Of a stretch of 64,000 nt of DNA, positions 13,370-26,928 are shown piece after piece (the first letter of the stretch is position 1; each line of letters opens with the position of its first letter). The notes under the pieces were generated by a model that searched no databases, had not been told where the DNA came from, and was given only the letters and a program-made list of their open reading frames with translations. A program made the translations under genes and the position numbers. This DNA comes from the human T2T-CHM13v2.0 reference genome, Homo sapiens. The DNA lies in assembly GCF_009914755.1 (NCBI RefSeq), contig NC_060937.1; one strand, 5' to 3'.

Positions 13370-13842
13370 ATTGTTGGGATGCAGATTTGAGAATATCTGT
13401 ATCAACATAACTACTTGCTCCAGGAAGTTCTTGCACAAGAGGCAAGGTTGCACATCATCAATAACTTTACTGTTTCTTTTAGAAAATTATTGGAAACCAT
13501 TTTTTGGGCAGTTTTCTCATCTAGGCAATCAAGTGTCTAATTAAAATGATAGTTTGCACTTCAGTATAAACAGTTTACTTAAAATCACAAAATCGGCTTT
13601 TTAAAACTTGTCACAGAACACTTTTCTCACAATCCTAAAATATTGTCTTACACCTTGTCAAAAACAAACCCGTTTCTTTCCTTTAAACCACTTGATCTCA
13701 GACCCCAAATCCCTATAAGTAACCTTAACTATTTTCTCTCTTTTAACATAGTACTAAAATATCTCAAGATGGTGTTCTCACTTGCTTCAGCAAGTTAAAT
13801 AAACAGCTTTTCTGATTGATGGGGTTCTCCAGTAGTTTACAC
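13370..13842 (+). mobile_element. 3' LTR, MER67-like (ERV1)
   Basis: ctcaagatggtgttctcacttgcttcagcaagttaaataaacagcttt with an AATAAA poly(A) signal, ends ...gtttaca; homologous to 5775-6240; left boundary approximate. Confidence 0.6.
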
Positions 13843-16800
13843 GAGGAAGTCAGTATCAACAATAAAGACAGAGAAATATGCTGAGAAGACATAGCATACT
13901 TTGGTCATGTGTCTGAGCCTTTCCAATAGACTGGATGGGAGATAGAAAGATAGAGTTATCAGTAAAAAGATGATCATAGATGAAGAAGATGAAGAAGAAA
14001 ATAGACAAAACAATGAAACAATGTAACCTTCTGGTGAAAACATGTTGCTGAATCGTAGTGGAAGAGAAGTAAGAGAGAATGGTAATAGTAAAAATTTTTA
14101 AAAAATCTCTGTAGAGGAAAAGTTAGTGCAATGAAGTAGCAGATTTGAATGCCAAACACGTTTAGTGCTACAGAAACACACTCAGAATTTAAGAAAAAAA
14201 AAAAAAAAAATGGGACTACTGTGATTTGAGCCTAGAGTTGTGTTTGGGAAAGAAAGTGTCCAGAGTGGAGGACAGGGTCATAGAAACAGAAGCAGAGCTT
14301 TAAGATGGGAAACATGTTGTCTTAGCACAGGGGCGCAATAATGAAGGTCTACTGTAGAGCAGCAGTGCGTAGAAGACAAAGGAGAGATTCGAGCCAACCT
14401 GTTCTATACAGGAATATGATTCAAATCTGATATACAATTTCTGAGCCTGGGCAATCTATTTCAGAGTTTTTAATTTCCATTTTCCCAACTGTTTCTCTAT
14501 TACTTTTACCTGATTTACATTCTTTTTCACATTTTAAGCTTTCTTTTAGAAATGAAAAAAGTCATAGCTTTCATATCATACTCTAAGCAGTAAAATTTTA
14601 TGTAAACATTAAAATGTAGAGACTATTAATATTTAACTAATCAAATTATGCATTTAGTAGTTAAATATATAATAGAGAATGAATCAAAATATATTCCTAT
14701 ACTTTTCTTTTTGCATGTTATTGCTCATGTCCTTTTCTTAGCCTCCTAGTGAGATGGGGCTTCAGAATAGAAAGAAGTTATAGGATTGCTGGACCAGAAA
14801 TTTAAACACAAAAAGAGTAAATACTCAGTCTCTCACTTCCCAAATACCAGAGAATAAATTTGAAAGTCAGACTTCATTGGGAAATAAAGAGTTTTCAAAT
14901 TTTTATATCTATCCTGGCCAACTGCACACTAGAGTTTTACAATTTGTCTAGGGAAGAATAAAAATATATAACCATGAAGAAATGAAAAAGACAAATTCAA
15001 ACTCTTACGATCTTAGAGAATTACAGAAAAAGGAGAAAGACCATGGCATGAAACCTCTAATGATAGAGCAGGTAATGGTAAATCTGGCTATAAATTTTAG
15101 GAAAAATTCCAAAAAGCTTCATTTCCAACAGTGTATGGGAAACTGTTCAGTGATTTTGGCAAGTGAAAGTAATTTAGGTGACCTTAATCCCTCATGGGCA
15201 CCTTCTGGGGTGCAGGGGACCCAGATTTCCCAATAGACCTAAGGGAACATGCCCAATATGTCCTGAGGGGACATGAAGGGAGAGAACTGTAGTCATGGTG
15301 AAGAGACCACAGTTGTCACTATTCATATGTGGGAACAAGAACAGAGGAAAGTGCCTAAGATCCCAGATGCTACCATTGAATGAAATTATATTGTTTTCTG
15401 CCTAGAACTATGCATATCATTTTGAAGCAGAAAAAGGATTCATGTTTCTTTATAATCTAAGAGATGGTGAATCCTCTTACATATTTTTCTACCTCTATTC
15501 TCACATAATTCATGCACTTGGTGGAAGGTGGCAGAGATTACCATTACTTTCAGTATTAGAATGAACTATTGTATTAAGTTGGAAAATTGAAAGCAATAAC
15601 TGAGCAGAAGATTCTCTTGCCCTTACCCAGGTTCCAGTAGAATTCAATGTAATTGTGACTAAACTCCAAGTCTCTGGCATATTTATATCTCTCTGAAACA
15701 TAGATATAGTGATGTTTCTGCCCTTGTAGAATTATCTATTTCAGGAATCTGTCCTTTAACTCCAGCAATCTGGGAATAGGGCAATGAAGGGAAAAGGTTA
15801 CAGAATAGAATAACTGTGTGAATTTGGAATGCTGTTTTTAATCTTACTTCAAAAGAGTAATATATCCAGAGGAATTTTATTTAAGCAACATTCTAATAAA
15901 TTTTCACTGTTAGGAAATTACTTGTATTTTATTTAACATGTCATAAAACATTTGGATACAAAGTCAAACTGTTTTCTTTCCAAATATTCTTCAACATGTC
16001 CAATTTATTCTATTTTGTTACTTTCACCAGTATAAAATAAAACAAAATGATTAGAATTTATATTTGGCACCCAGAAAGGTAATTTATTATTAAAATACTA
16101 ATATATCTTTACCTCTTTCAAAAAAAAGTTCAAATTTTCAGAAGGAGAAAAGGAAAGAAGGAATGAAGGAAGGAAGGAGATAGAGGAAAATAAACAAGTA
16201 AATAAATCTCGTTAGGCATTTTAGAGACATCTATTTGCATGAAAATAATAAATTGAGAACACATACAGAGCTTGTCATTATTTCAGTGATGTGTTTACTG
16301 CATTTTAAAATATTCTTATGTAATTGTTTTATTAGCTTTTTCTAATAGGCAATACTATTTGTTAAACTGTCTCTAGATATTTAATAATATTATGTGGCTC
16401 TTCTTTTCCCCCACAAATGGCTCCAAGGTAAAGTTTTGTACAGCGCTGTAAAAAATATATAGAATATTCATTTTCAAAGTATCATTTGTGATGACTACAA
16501 AGAATAGTTTCATAATTACTCTAATCCTTGTAATGGAGTATAGCTTCCTGAAAGGAAGCCATGTTTCTTTATATGAGAGAAAAATTGAATATTATCAAGA
16601 TACCTTGCCCGAAGCCATCTGCCTTTGTTTGTGTGCTTATCTTAAAATGCCAATTGCCAGAAACCCCAAAGATAGACCAAGTGTACTTATGGATGCTTTA
16701 TTTGCCAAGAATATTGTGTTTGAAAGGAAAGATAGAATGGAAATAGTTGAATAAAACGTTTGGCAGTGTTAATGAAGAAAATCTGGAAATAATGATACAA

Positions 16801-17257
16801 TTGACATAAATATCACCAGTTCCCCATTGTATTTGCTGATTCTTTGTAAGAATCAGGTATTGGAAAACACAGTCTCTAAGGTCAAAAGCCTGGCTCTGTG
16901 ACTTTGGTAAAATCACAATACTGAATTTGTTTCCATTGTTAAATAAGAAGTTAAAACTAGATCATTTATGAAAACCTTCAGCTCAGAGATAATATGATAC
17001 AATGTATTTTTGTTTTGCAATTTAATTATGCAACTCTTGCCCCATTTTCAAAAAATGTTCAAGTGATGTGAAAGAGACTCTTTTAAAAATGAACCTTAAG
17101 ATATCAAGATGAAATTTGAAAACTGGGACTTGAGATGCTGATTCTTTTTATTACGATATGATTCTTTGAACGATCTTCTTTGTGTGAAATAAAATTGCTG
17201 TTAGAGGCATTCTTTTAATGCTGGCTTCATTCTTTCTGTGGAAATGTGACTTTGAAT

Positions 17258-17277
17258 GTGTGTGTGTGTGTGTGTGT
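17258..17277. repeat. (TG)n microsatellite
   Basis: About 10 TG units. Confidence 0.9.
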
Positions 17278-18283
17278 AAAACTCACCTTGTTGTAGAAAA
17301 TATTCAAGGTAGTTTGGTAAAATACAAAGCATCTCAAAAGAAAGATGCCAGCTGTGAATAAAGTGGTCCAGATTTTATTTCAACTCAAATACATTAACTG
17401 TTTTTATTTTTTCTACTACACAAAATTTAATGTCATTGTCAGTCTTATGGGGATAAAATATTGATTGTTCACTTTTTTTCTACAGTTACTAGATTTAGAG
17501 ATTTGCAAGCAATCAAGAAATGATTAAATCCATTTTAATTCAATTAAGCACAAAGAAGGTCAGCCATTTATACGAATGCAGTTTCTTTGCTTTAACTTTA
17601 AATTTGCGACAACATTTTTTGGAAACAATAATTTATCATGTGCTAAACTGGATAAAATGTCATAAGCTATGGTATAGTATGTGTAATGGTAAAGAAATAA
17701 AAGTCATGTGCACCAACAGCATATAATGTCAATCTCTTTATTTCAAAGTCACACATTTTGTCTGTATATACATAGACATTGGAGAATACACATTTTTTTC
17801 TTATTGACCATAATTATCATGATAAAAGAATACAGTTTCTTTTCTTTTTTATCATAATTATTATGTGTGATACACACATATATGTATGTACATGTATAAC
17901 ATATTCATTTATATATTTAAATTGTAGCCCTTAGCTATCACAGAAGTTTCAGGTGAAAGCTGGTGAAGATCTATTCACTCTCAAAGACCTGAAGACCTCC
18001 TGAAATTACTTTTAAAGGATCAGGCTAAAAGTAAAGAAGAGAATAAGCAGAGAGAAGAGGTAAAGGGAAGCAATCAATATTCACCTTGAATTATAGTTTT
18101 CCTTTGCTCATTGTAAATTCTAAGGTATAAAAGTGGAACTTATGGTTTGTAATAACGATGATAAGAGATGGCATTTATTCAGTTCTACTACTTATTATTT
18201 CAGCTGTGCTGAATTAGGAAAGTGAAATGACTCAACCCTTTGAGTGTAGACACACAGAAGACGCAATATGGCAAATAGAGATT

Positions 18284-18646
18284 TGTCTTAGTCAGTTCAG
18301 GCTACTATAACAAAGTACCATAGGCTATGTGGGTTATAAACAACAGAAACTTATTTCTCACCGTTCTTGAAGCTGGGAGTCTGTGATCAGTGTCAGCATA
18401 GTTGGGTCCTAGGTGAAGACCTTCTTTCAGGTTGCAGACTGCCAACTTTTCATTGCAGTCTCATAGCAGAAAGAGGGCAAGAGAGCGCTCTGTGTCTCCT
18501 TTGATAAGAGCACTAATCCCATTTATAACAGCTTCATCTTCATAATCTAATTATATCCCAAAGGCCTTACCTCCTAATAGCATCCCACTGGGGGTTAAGT
18601 TTCAACACATGAATTTTGCAATGATGCAAACATTCAGCCTATTACA
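18284..18646 (-). mobile_element. MaLR solo LTR, MLT1A-like
   Basis: tgtcttagtcagttcaggctactataacaaagtaccatagg...ttcaacacatgaatttt...aacattcagcctattaca; TG..CA ends; 5-bp TSD agatt/atatt. Confidence 0.88.
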
Positions 18647-20300
18647 ATATTTGAAAATCAGCTTTATTTCCACTATGTTGTGTTTAAATTTTCTTTCTTC
18701 TTTATATCCAGCACCTTGATTCTATAATGAACAGTTTACCCTACTTGCACTATCGTATATCTATCCATCCATCATTTCCATCAATATCAATATAGTATTT
18801 TACTACATTTTGCAGTATATTTACATATTAATTTAAATAAATTTTATGGCTGTTACTAATGATAGTAGTGAAAAAAATACTTCAATTGCATATTGTCATT
18901 CAGTTGAGAAAAATTGTATTCAAAATAACCCCATGGTAAAAGATAGCACAGGTCAGACTTCATGCTGAGAAAATAAAACAATGTTATCTTTTGCTGGTAA
19001 GATTTCAAGGTTGGTATTAAATCTCTATATAATGTAATGTGTTTTTTATTTTAATATTTAATTACTTTTATATAACAATTTGAAAATGTTACCTTTTTGA
19101 CCCAAAAATAATTAATAAATGGTTGCTATTTGCCTATTATCATTTAGGAAAAGGCACCAATTAAAAATAAGACTGTTAACTAGTAACATGCATCTGATTT
19201 TTGTGCTTGCACTCTCAAATGTGGTTTACAAGTTTATAATATGTCCTAGATGCAAATAGTATACATATCTAGAAGAAAAATAGAAGGCATGATATCTTTG
19301 TTCTGGAGTACTCAAAAAAGTGAAGAATACAAATTGATTTTGAGCTAAATTCTATTTACTCTGTATCAAATTACCTGATTATTTTTACTTAATAAAAGCT
19401 ATTAAAATTAAAAAACAAAAACAAAAAGTAAAACAAAACAAAAATCAGCATTATTATTGATAATAATAGATAACCTGGCCTAGCTATGATGACACAACCA
19501 AGACCCCTAAACATTCCTTTCAAATCTTGACATTTAAATGGTGACCTGATGAAATGCTTGCAACTGCAACATAGAAACACCAGCCACCCCATGCTGCCTC
19601 ACATACACTTCTTACTTGGGGAGCGAGAGAAGATTGGCCTCCAGATCTGGAATCCAGAATGTACAGCTGGGGTCTGGGCCAAATATCCTCAAAAATGGAA
19701 CAAGATCTGAAAATACCATCCCATTCTCTGAACAGGCAGACACAATATAAGAAAGAAATGAATCAAGCCATCTGTGCTTTGTTATTTTTTTTCCAAATTT
19801 TCCAAATAGGTAAGTCAGTCCTCAATCTCTGTTGATGAGAATTTGGATAATTTGGAATTCTATTTGAAGAATTTTGAAAAAAAATACAGCACAGATGGTT
19901 CTACAAAAGAAGTCCTAGTTAAACAAGATTGAGAAGGAAGAAAGGGAGAGATAAGAGGTGGCTCATTTCACTAAATACTTTGTATTTGCAGCAAGATGTC
20001 GATCTGGAGGTTTCTATTGAAATGTAAAATTACTAAATATTGGATGTCAAAACAGGGTCTAATACAGACAACAGTCTAGATAAATCAAAGTAAATACCCA
20101 TAACTGTTTAAAACGCACAAGTAGCAATGATGAATCATGGAGAAGGAAAATATGAAGAGATGATTTTTGAGGGGGTACAAACTGTACACACTTATCCGAA
20201 GGGTTCTTCATTAGGTCCATTTGTGGAACTCATTATGTGTCCCTAGATGTTTTCAGAACATGGTGCACTGAAATTTAACTTGAACTCCAGGTGTCTAGAG

Positions 20301-20518
20301 CAGTGGTTAACAAACATTTTCAGTAAATGGCTAGATAGTAAATATCTTAGATTTTGCACACTATATAATCTCAGTCACAACTGTTCAACTCTGCCTTTAT
20401 AATGCAAAAGTAGCCACAGACAATATGTAAGCAACTGGGCATGTGTATAAATAAAACCTTATTTACACAAACAGGCAGTGAACTGAATTTGTTATGAGCC
20501 TTACTTTGCTGATCTCGG
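20301..20518 (-). mobile_element. MER58A-like hAT-Charlie MITE
   Basis: cagtggttaacaaacattttcagtaaatggctagatagtaaatat...caactctgcc...gtagccacagacaatatgtaa...tttgctgatctcgg; flanks gtctagag/atctaaaa fit the Charlie NTCTAGAN target. Confidence 0.85.
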
Positions 20519-22997
20519 ATCTAAAAGGTAAGAATATCGCTATGTAGATCTATGTTTTAGAAGTGGAGCTAAGGAAAGTGTTGCTGATTGGGAATTAGTC
20601 ATCTCTCCATATTTTATTGGATCAAAGCTTTTGAGATGTCCAAGAAATATGTATATATGAAGACCACAAGGGGAAAAAGCCAGGTTGAATCATTTTACAT
20701 ATTGCCAAAGAAACCACTTGGGGGAAACAATCATGGAATCCCAAATGAGATATAATTGGTTTGAAATGGATAACAGGAGAAACCATTCAGCTAGAGTAAA
20801 AAAGATCATCGGCCTTTATAGAAAATGTGAAATTTATTAAAATGTCATGAAAGTGAGTCAGCTTTAAACACTTGCCATCTTGAGACAGTACCACAAAAGT
20901 AAAATCTGTTCTCACCCTTTTCTTCTTCCCCTTCATTCTGATTTTGGCAGAATCAGAACTATGGTTAGCAACCTGGAGGTGGAGGTAAAATACTAGCCTG
21001 TGAAATAAAGAAAGGTCACCTGGGGTATCTGGAAAATTCTGTTACCCTGCGCTACAATTACACTTAGTTTCAATTGCTTGGAAAATGCTTCCAAACGATG
21101 AACAACTTAAATAAACCACATTGTCAATATTTTTAATTCTGTGTAGTTTCCTAATAAAATGGTCATTAGGCATTTACTCACAGTCCTTCTACTCTGTATT
21201 TAGTCCATGCCAACAACTTCAATTACAAGGTTTTCTTGCCCAGCATAGATTAGGAACAGTCCTCTAAAGGGGAAGGAAGTGAGCAGTGTGACTGCTAGGT
21301 ATGAAGCATAAATTAAAAAATACTGATGTTGTTCTTTGATAGTTTGACATTCATGAAGAAGGCAGGAAACTCTCAGACAAGCAAGAAAAACATCCTATTA
21401 CGATACATTTCAATATCGATATATATTACAGCTGTCGATTATCTTTTAAAACTATGAAGCAAGCTATATTAAATAAAACACACAAGTGAAACTATTTTTC
21501 AAATGTTTTGTTGTAAACAGGTGATTTATATTGCAGTGAAATAACAACTTGTAGTAGAGTTCAATTTTGAAAATATCTCTGATAATACACTCTTTCATTT
21601 AGGATCATAGCTGTTGCTTGTTTTTTAACTAAAAAGTAGGTTAGAGATCAACTGATTGCTTGTCAAGAAAGCGACTTTTATGAGAGCTAGAATCGTTTAG
21701 TTACTTTTTAGTCCTTTACATCTTGGAACTACATCAGTGTCCCCAGGTGTAACATAGACAACTCCCTTATCATGTTGGAGTCAATGGGTCACACGGGAGA
21801 CAGGTAATATACCCTGAATGGTTGTCTCAAATGCCTGCCTCAAAGATGCACAATAATTATTCAATAATTACACAACTCTTTAACAAAGTATTACACAATA
21901 TTTCCCTCAGTTTTATCCCCCCTCAAATAATCATTTTTATCTTTAGACAAGGCTATAAGGTATAGAAAAATTGCCAAAGGGAACAAAATTAATTATCTTG
22001 ATAACTGTAGCTGAGATTTTTCAGCTCCCATATTACACTCTGAGGTCCTGTCAAAACTGTCATCATCTTTATCTATCCATCAGCTCTGAAAACTTTGGGC
22101 TTTACTAGAAATCTTGAAATTTGTCCTCCACAGTTATTTCTGGGTAAATAGTAAAATTAGATGGAATCTACATCAGTAACTATAGAATTTTGGGAGTCAA
22201 TTAAAGATGAAAATAATTGAAATCATTCCCTAGTGGTTTATATAATAGAAAATAAAACTTTTTATACCACTGTCTCATTCATAATGAATAACCTGATCCT
22301 GAAACAGATATAATTTCAGACCTCTAATGCCTAAATAGCAAGTCCAGATTACATCTCTGATTCCAACTGTAGCCACTCTAAAAAAGTGAATTGCCAAGCC
22401 CACAAAAGCAGTTAGAGTAGAGGCATCTCAAGACCTCCTCACTCCCAGTTCTTCTTCACTATGCCATAGGGTAACCCCCACCTTATAAAAAAACTGATTC
22501 CCAATATTGAAAACAAAATTTTCTGTTCTGTATATTTAGAACATAAAACTTATAAGAACAATAATTCAAAACAAATTTTTCTGTATATTAAAATTTATCA
22601 TTTTTCTTAGAAAGTCAATAAATTTAAAAGGCTAAAACTGCTTATTTCATTTTTATTTTTAAAATGACCTATATTGCATTTGCTAGCTGTTGTATAAGTG
22701 ACCATTACTTGTTGAATAGGGTAAGCAATAAGCTGATGTCGCCTAGCTTTATTTACTTGTTTAATTGGGTACATTAGGCGAACGTTTTAATAAAGGACTT
22801 GCTGGATACTTTTAAAGGTAGTGAAATGCTCATATAGAAATTTTAAAAATAAAAATAAAAAAGATTAGGGCAGAGTTACAACTTTACTAATCAGTTACAC
22901 ATTATAAGTCTTTCAAATATATTTACTGAGATGACATGGGCAGCTTTATTCAGCGATGCCCAAAAGCAAATTAACCTTACATTCTAAGTTAATGCAT

Positions 22998-23147
22998 CAG
23001 TGGTTTCCAATGTGTTAAAATTCTACAGCACAGTGAGCATTTCCTTTAATTACCACCCAACACGTGTTAATATTACAGATGTTCTAGAACCCTTGAATCA
23101 TTTCCTTAGGACTCAAGACCTTCAAGGAAGAGGGCTGGAAACTACTG
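22998..23147. mobile_element. Small hAT-like MITE (MER5/MER112 group)
   Basis: 12-bp terminal inverted repeats cagtggtttcca / tggaaactactg (1 mismatch); no clear TSD. Confidence 0.45.
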
Positions 23148-23930
23148 CACCACAGTGGGCTATGACTTACCCCTGCATCTTCCCTGAATTACTGTGATAA
23201 GGAAAAAGAGAATAAAGGCCAGCCTGAGAAAGAGACATATGATGGAAGAGCCAAATATGGACAACTAAATTTACCATGTGTGAATATTCATAAGGCATTT
23301 CTCTGACATTTTCTAAGAATTTCATTCTTTATAAAATAGCATTTTGATCTGTAAGTGTTGGGGAAACATGGGAAAGATAAAAGCAGGTGCCAGGGGAACT
23401 TTAGCTGACCCTGCCTCCCTCATCAGGCCAAGGAGGCTTCTTGGGTATTTGCAATTTTCAAATCCTTTCTTTATCTGAACATATGGGCTTAATAACAGTG
23501 ACTACGAGAGTACAGTTTAGTGAGGCTGAGGCTGCTCTACTCCCATACATTTTAAAAATAATTATAACAAGGAAATAACAAACCTGAGAGTTACTTCATA
23601 CTTCATATGTTGCAATATATCTTGACAATTTTGCATTTTGTCTACTTTGTACGATTTTTGTAAGCAAGTGGAGAAAACCCTCCTCCCAGCATCCCAAAAG
23701 AGCAAAAACATATATAATTCAATGTCATCACTGGCAATCATGTAGGTAAAAAATAAGGCAGGTCATTCCAGGGAGTAAAAATGAATGACAAAGTCATTTC
23801 TAATACGCTTGACTGTAAATGAAACTGTATTGCCTCCCTCTTCTAAAATAGGAAAGAGTTTGCAATTTTACTTTATCCAGTTAAGAATGAGAGCCTCACA
23901 AGTAGCAGGTAATGGCTATTTATTATTATT

Positions 23931-24249
23931 ATTATTATCATCTTTATTATTAGTTTGAGATGGAGTCTCTGTCACCCAGGCTGCTCTGTCACCCAGGTTG
24001 GAGTTCAGTGGCATGATCTCGGTTCACTGCAACCTCCACCTCCTGTGTTCCAGTGATTTTCCTGCCTCAGCTTCCCAAGTATCTGGGATTATAGGCATGC
24101 ACCACCACACCTGGCTAGTTTTTGTATTTTCAGTAGAGACAGGGTTTTGCCATGTTGGCCAGGCTGGTCTCAAACTCCTGGCTTCAAGTAATCTACCTGC
24201 CTCGGCCTCCCAAAGTGCTGGGATTAGAGGTGTAAGCAGGCGCAGCCCC
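23931..24249 (-). mobile_element. Alu (old S/J type) with internal 17-bp duplication
   Basis: Reverse Alu text tttgagatggagtct...cctcggcctcccaaagtgctgggatta; (TTA)n-derived tail; tatttattattat on both flanks. Confidence 0.92.
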
Positions 24250-26044
24250 ATTTATTTATTATTATCTTCAGTAGGATACAAAGGTATTTTTCTGAGAAAA
24301 AAATTGTCTGACAATCACTTAGAATTCAGAATTTTTCAACATTGTTTTATAAAGGAATCAGTGAATTAATTTGGGGTCAGGCAAGAAAAAGGTATCTACT
24401 GAATTTTGTCTAAAAATTCCCCTAAGGTTCTCTGGTGCGGTGATATCAGGACATCATCTTAATATATACAAATCCCCACATCTAGCCATAGGCATTATAA
24501 TGATTATGTTATTGGATCAAGACATTTATGGAGCAAGTCCCTGCAGATACAATTGGCAGAGATTTCTGAGAATACTAAAATCCTATATTCCCATGTAAAT
24601 TATTACAACAAAGCTCCTGGAAGAATTCACACTGGAGCAATGTTGTTGATTTTATCAGAAGTCAGTGAGCCTCACAGCCAGGTTATGTGCAACAGAGTAC
24701 CCAAGTGTGTGCAAGGTATACTGGGCACGGGGAAGAGAATCTGCCTTAGCATAGGTATAAGCCCAAGGTGTTTCTGTGGCAAAGACCACTTTAGGCAGTG
24801 AAACTTGGGAGGATACACAGTGCAATACTGTGCCAGAGGCAGTGCAAAACACCTTGTTCTTTAGTCTTCTCATTCTCCTCCCATCATACTACTACTTCTA
24901 GAGAATAAACTTATGTTTATGTTTAGCAATAAATTCATATCCAGATTAAGGCGCTGATTTCCCGGTAAAAGCAGTTACTACTGCAAATACCATTCAAAGT
25001 CTTGCTCAGGAAGTTGTTTAGAGATGTGTCAGGCATGCTCTCTAATAGTTTCTCGCAGCCCAAATAGTCCAAAAGTCGCTTTATAACATAATATGACACC
25101 TTATCCCAAGCAGCAGGTATACTAGGGTCAAAGTGTGTTCTAAATGTTAATGAGTAGGCTACAACTCCATCCTGAAACATTTATCTATTCAATACTAATG
25201 ACATTTGTATGATTTACTCCTCAATCACAAATTTCCATGGTGGACTAGAACCAAAGAAAGTTAAAAAAACAGAAAAAACGTGGCCAGGCCCACAAGTGCA
25301 TTTAACTCTTGTGAAAGAACCTGATGATTACAAATTAGTCTTGAGTTTTTATTTTGAAACAACAGCGAAGAAAGTAGGAGCAAAGGTGCTTTTTTTGTTC
25401 TTAGCTTGTTACAAAGATACAGAAATTATTATAAAAAACATTTTTGAGCAAAAATATAATAGAATTTCCATATTCTATCTCTGAGATATTTTATAACTTC
25501 GGTAATGAAACACTAGCATAATTATATTTCTATTTAAAAAACAAAACTTTTAAGTTCCAATAAAATCAGTGTTTGAAATCCAATAGGACAGTGAATTGCA
25601 GTTATATCAGCATTACTTGACCAGTTCTATTTTCACTGCACGACATCAATATATTCTCAAAAGAAATTAAGAGCTCAGAAACTTGAGTGCTATTCTTAGT
25701 CTCTCTGAAAGTTGCGTAACATACTTACGTTTCAGTACTTGCATCTTAAAAATGTTAATGTTCATATCCACATACTTTATATTAATTGTAGAGATATAGT
25801 TGGGGAAAAAGCAGGACAAAATAAAACTTGATGAAATAGGCCAGTATTGTTATAGCCTGCTTTTAATAATGACAGTAGTGGAATAATTGTTAAGGATAAT
25901 TATTTCATAAAATATATATGAAATTACATAAAATAAAAATAAGTTGTGACTAATCAGTCTAATACAAAGAAATTGTAGCCAACAGTAATTGCCATAACAG
26001 ACCAATTAATTAGACACACAGCTTTATTTTTATTTATTTTTTTT

Positions 26045-26926
26045 CATTAAAGAAAAGAGGTTTACTTGGATCATGATTCTGTAGGCTGTACAGGAAACAT
26101 GGTGTTGGTATCTGCTCGGCTTCTGATGAAGTCTCAGGGAGATTTCAATCATGGTGGAAGGTGAAGGGGGAACAGGCATGTCACTTGTTGAAACCAGGAT
26201 CAAGAGAGAGAGAGATGGGGGGTAGGTGCCACATAATTTTAAATGACCAGCTCTCAAGAGAACTCACTTACTATTGCAAAGACAGCACCAAACCATGAGG
26301 GATCCACCCTCATAATCCAAACACCTCTGTATTAGGGTTCTCTCGAGAGAGAGAACTAATAGATTATAGGTATATATGAAAGGGGGTTTATTAAGGAGAA
26401 CTGACTCACATGATCACAAGGTAAAGTCCCACAGTAGGCTGTCTGCAAGTTGAGGAGAAGGAAGCCAATGGTGGATCAGTCCAAGCGCAAAAACCTCAAA
26501 ATTAAGAAAGCCTACAGTGCAGGCTTCAATCTGTGATCAAAGGCCAGAGAGCCCTTGGCAACCACTGGTTTAAGTCCAAGAGTCCAAAAGCTGAAGAACT
26601 TGGAGTCTGATGTTCGAGGGCAGAAAGCATCCAGCACAGGAGAAAGAGGAAGCCTGAAGGCCCAGCAGCAAGTCTGCTCTTCCATATTCTCCTGTCTGCT
26701 TTATTCTAGCTGCACTGGCAGCTGATTAGATGGTGTCCACTCAGACTGATGGTGAGTCTGCCTCTCTCAGTCCCCTGACTCAAATGTTAGTCTCATTTGG
26801 CAACACCCTCACAGACACACCCAGGAACAATATTTTGCATCCTTCAATCCAATCAAGTTGACACTCACTATTAACCCTCACAACATCCCACCAGGCCCTA
26901 CCTCCAGCATTGGGGATCATTACATT
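26045..26926 (-). mobile_element. MST (MaLR) LTR, truncated at both ends and split by MLT2A
   Basis: aagaaaagaggtttacttggatcatgattctgtaggctgtacaggaaacatgg...tccaaacacctc | ccaccaggccctacctccagcattgggga matches the MST consensus. Confidence 0.88.
26328..26882 (-). mobile_element. MLT2A (ERVL) solo LTR nested in the MST
   Basis: tgtattagggttctct...caatccaatcaagttgacactcactattaaccctcaca; 5-bp TSD acctc/acatc. Confidence 0.92.
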
Positions 26927-26928
26927 CC

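Larger units (their letters stand above)
5775..13842 (+). mobile_element. Decayed ERV1-class provirus (MER67/MER31-like LTRs plus internal pol relics), interrupted by MLT2, L1, Alu and microsatellites
   Basis: Two related LTR-like ends (~5775-6240 and ~13370-13842) share blocks such as aggaaattcttgc/aggaagttcttgc and ttttctcatttgggcaa/ttttctcatctaggcaa; RT, RNase H and integrase motifs lie between them in colinear order. Confidence 0.7.

Noticed and set aside
14192-14210. Poly(A) run as the tail of a processed pseudogene
   Set aside because: No recognisable upstream mRNA body, no AATAAA at the expected distance and no TSD
23998-24369. 123-aa ORF, and similar ORFs at 12078, 24024, 53290, 53416 and 57035
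   Set aside because: These are translations of Alu sequence (typical [14 protein letters not shown]-type peptides), not genes
24420-24640. Possible ERVL RT (YIDD-region) relic
   Set aside because: The resemblance (cattataatgattatgttattgg) is too degenerate to support without an HMM search
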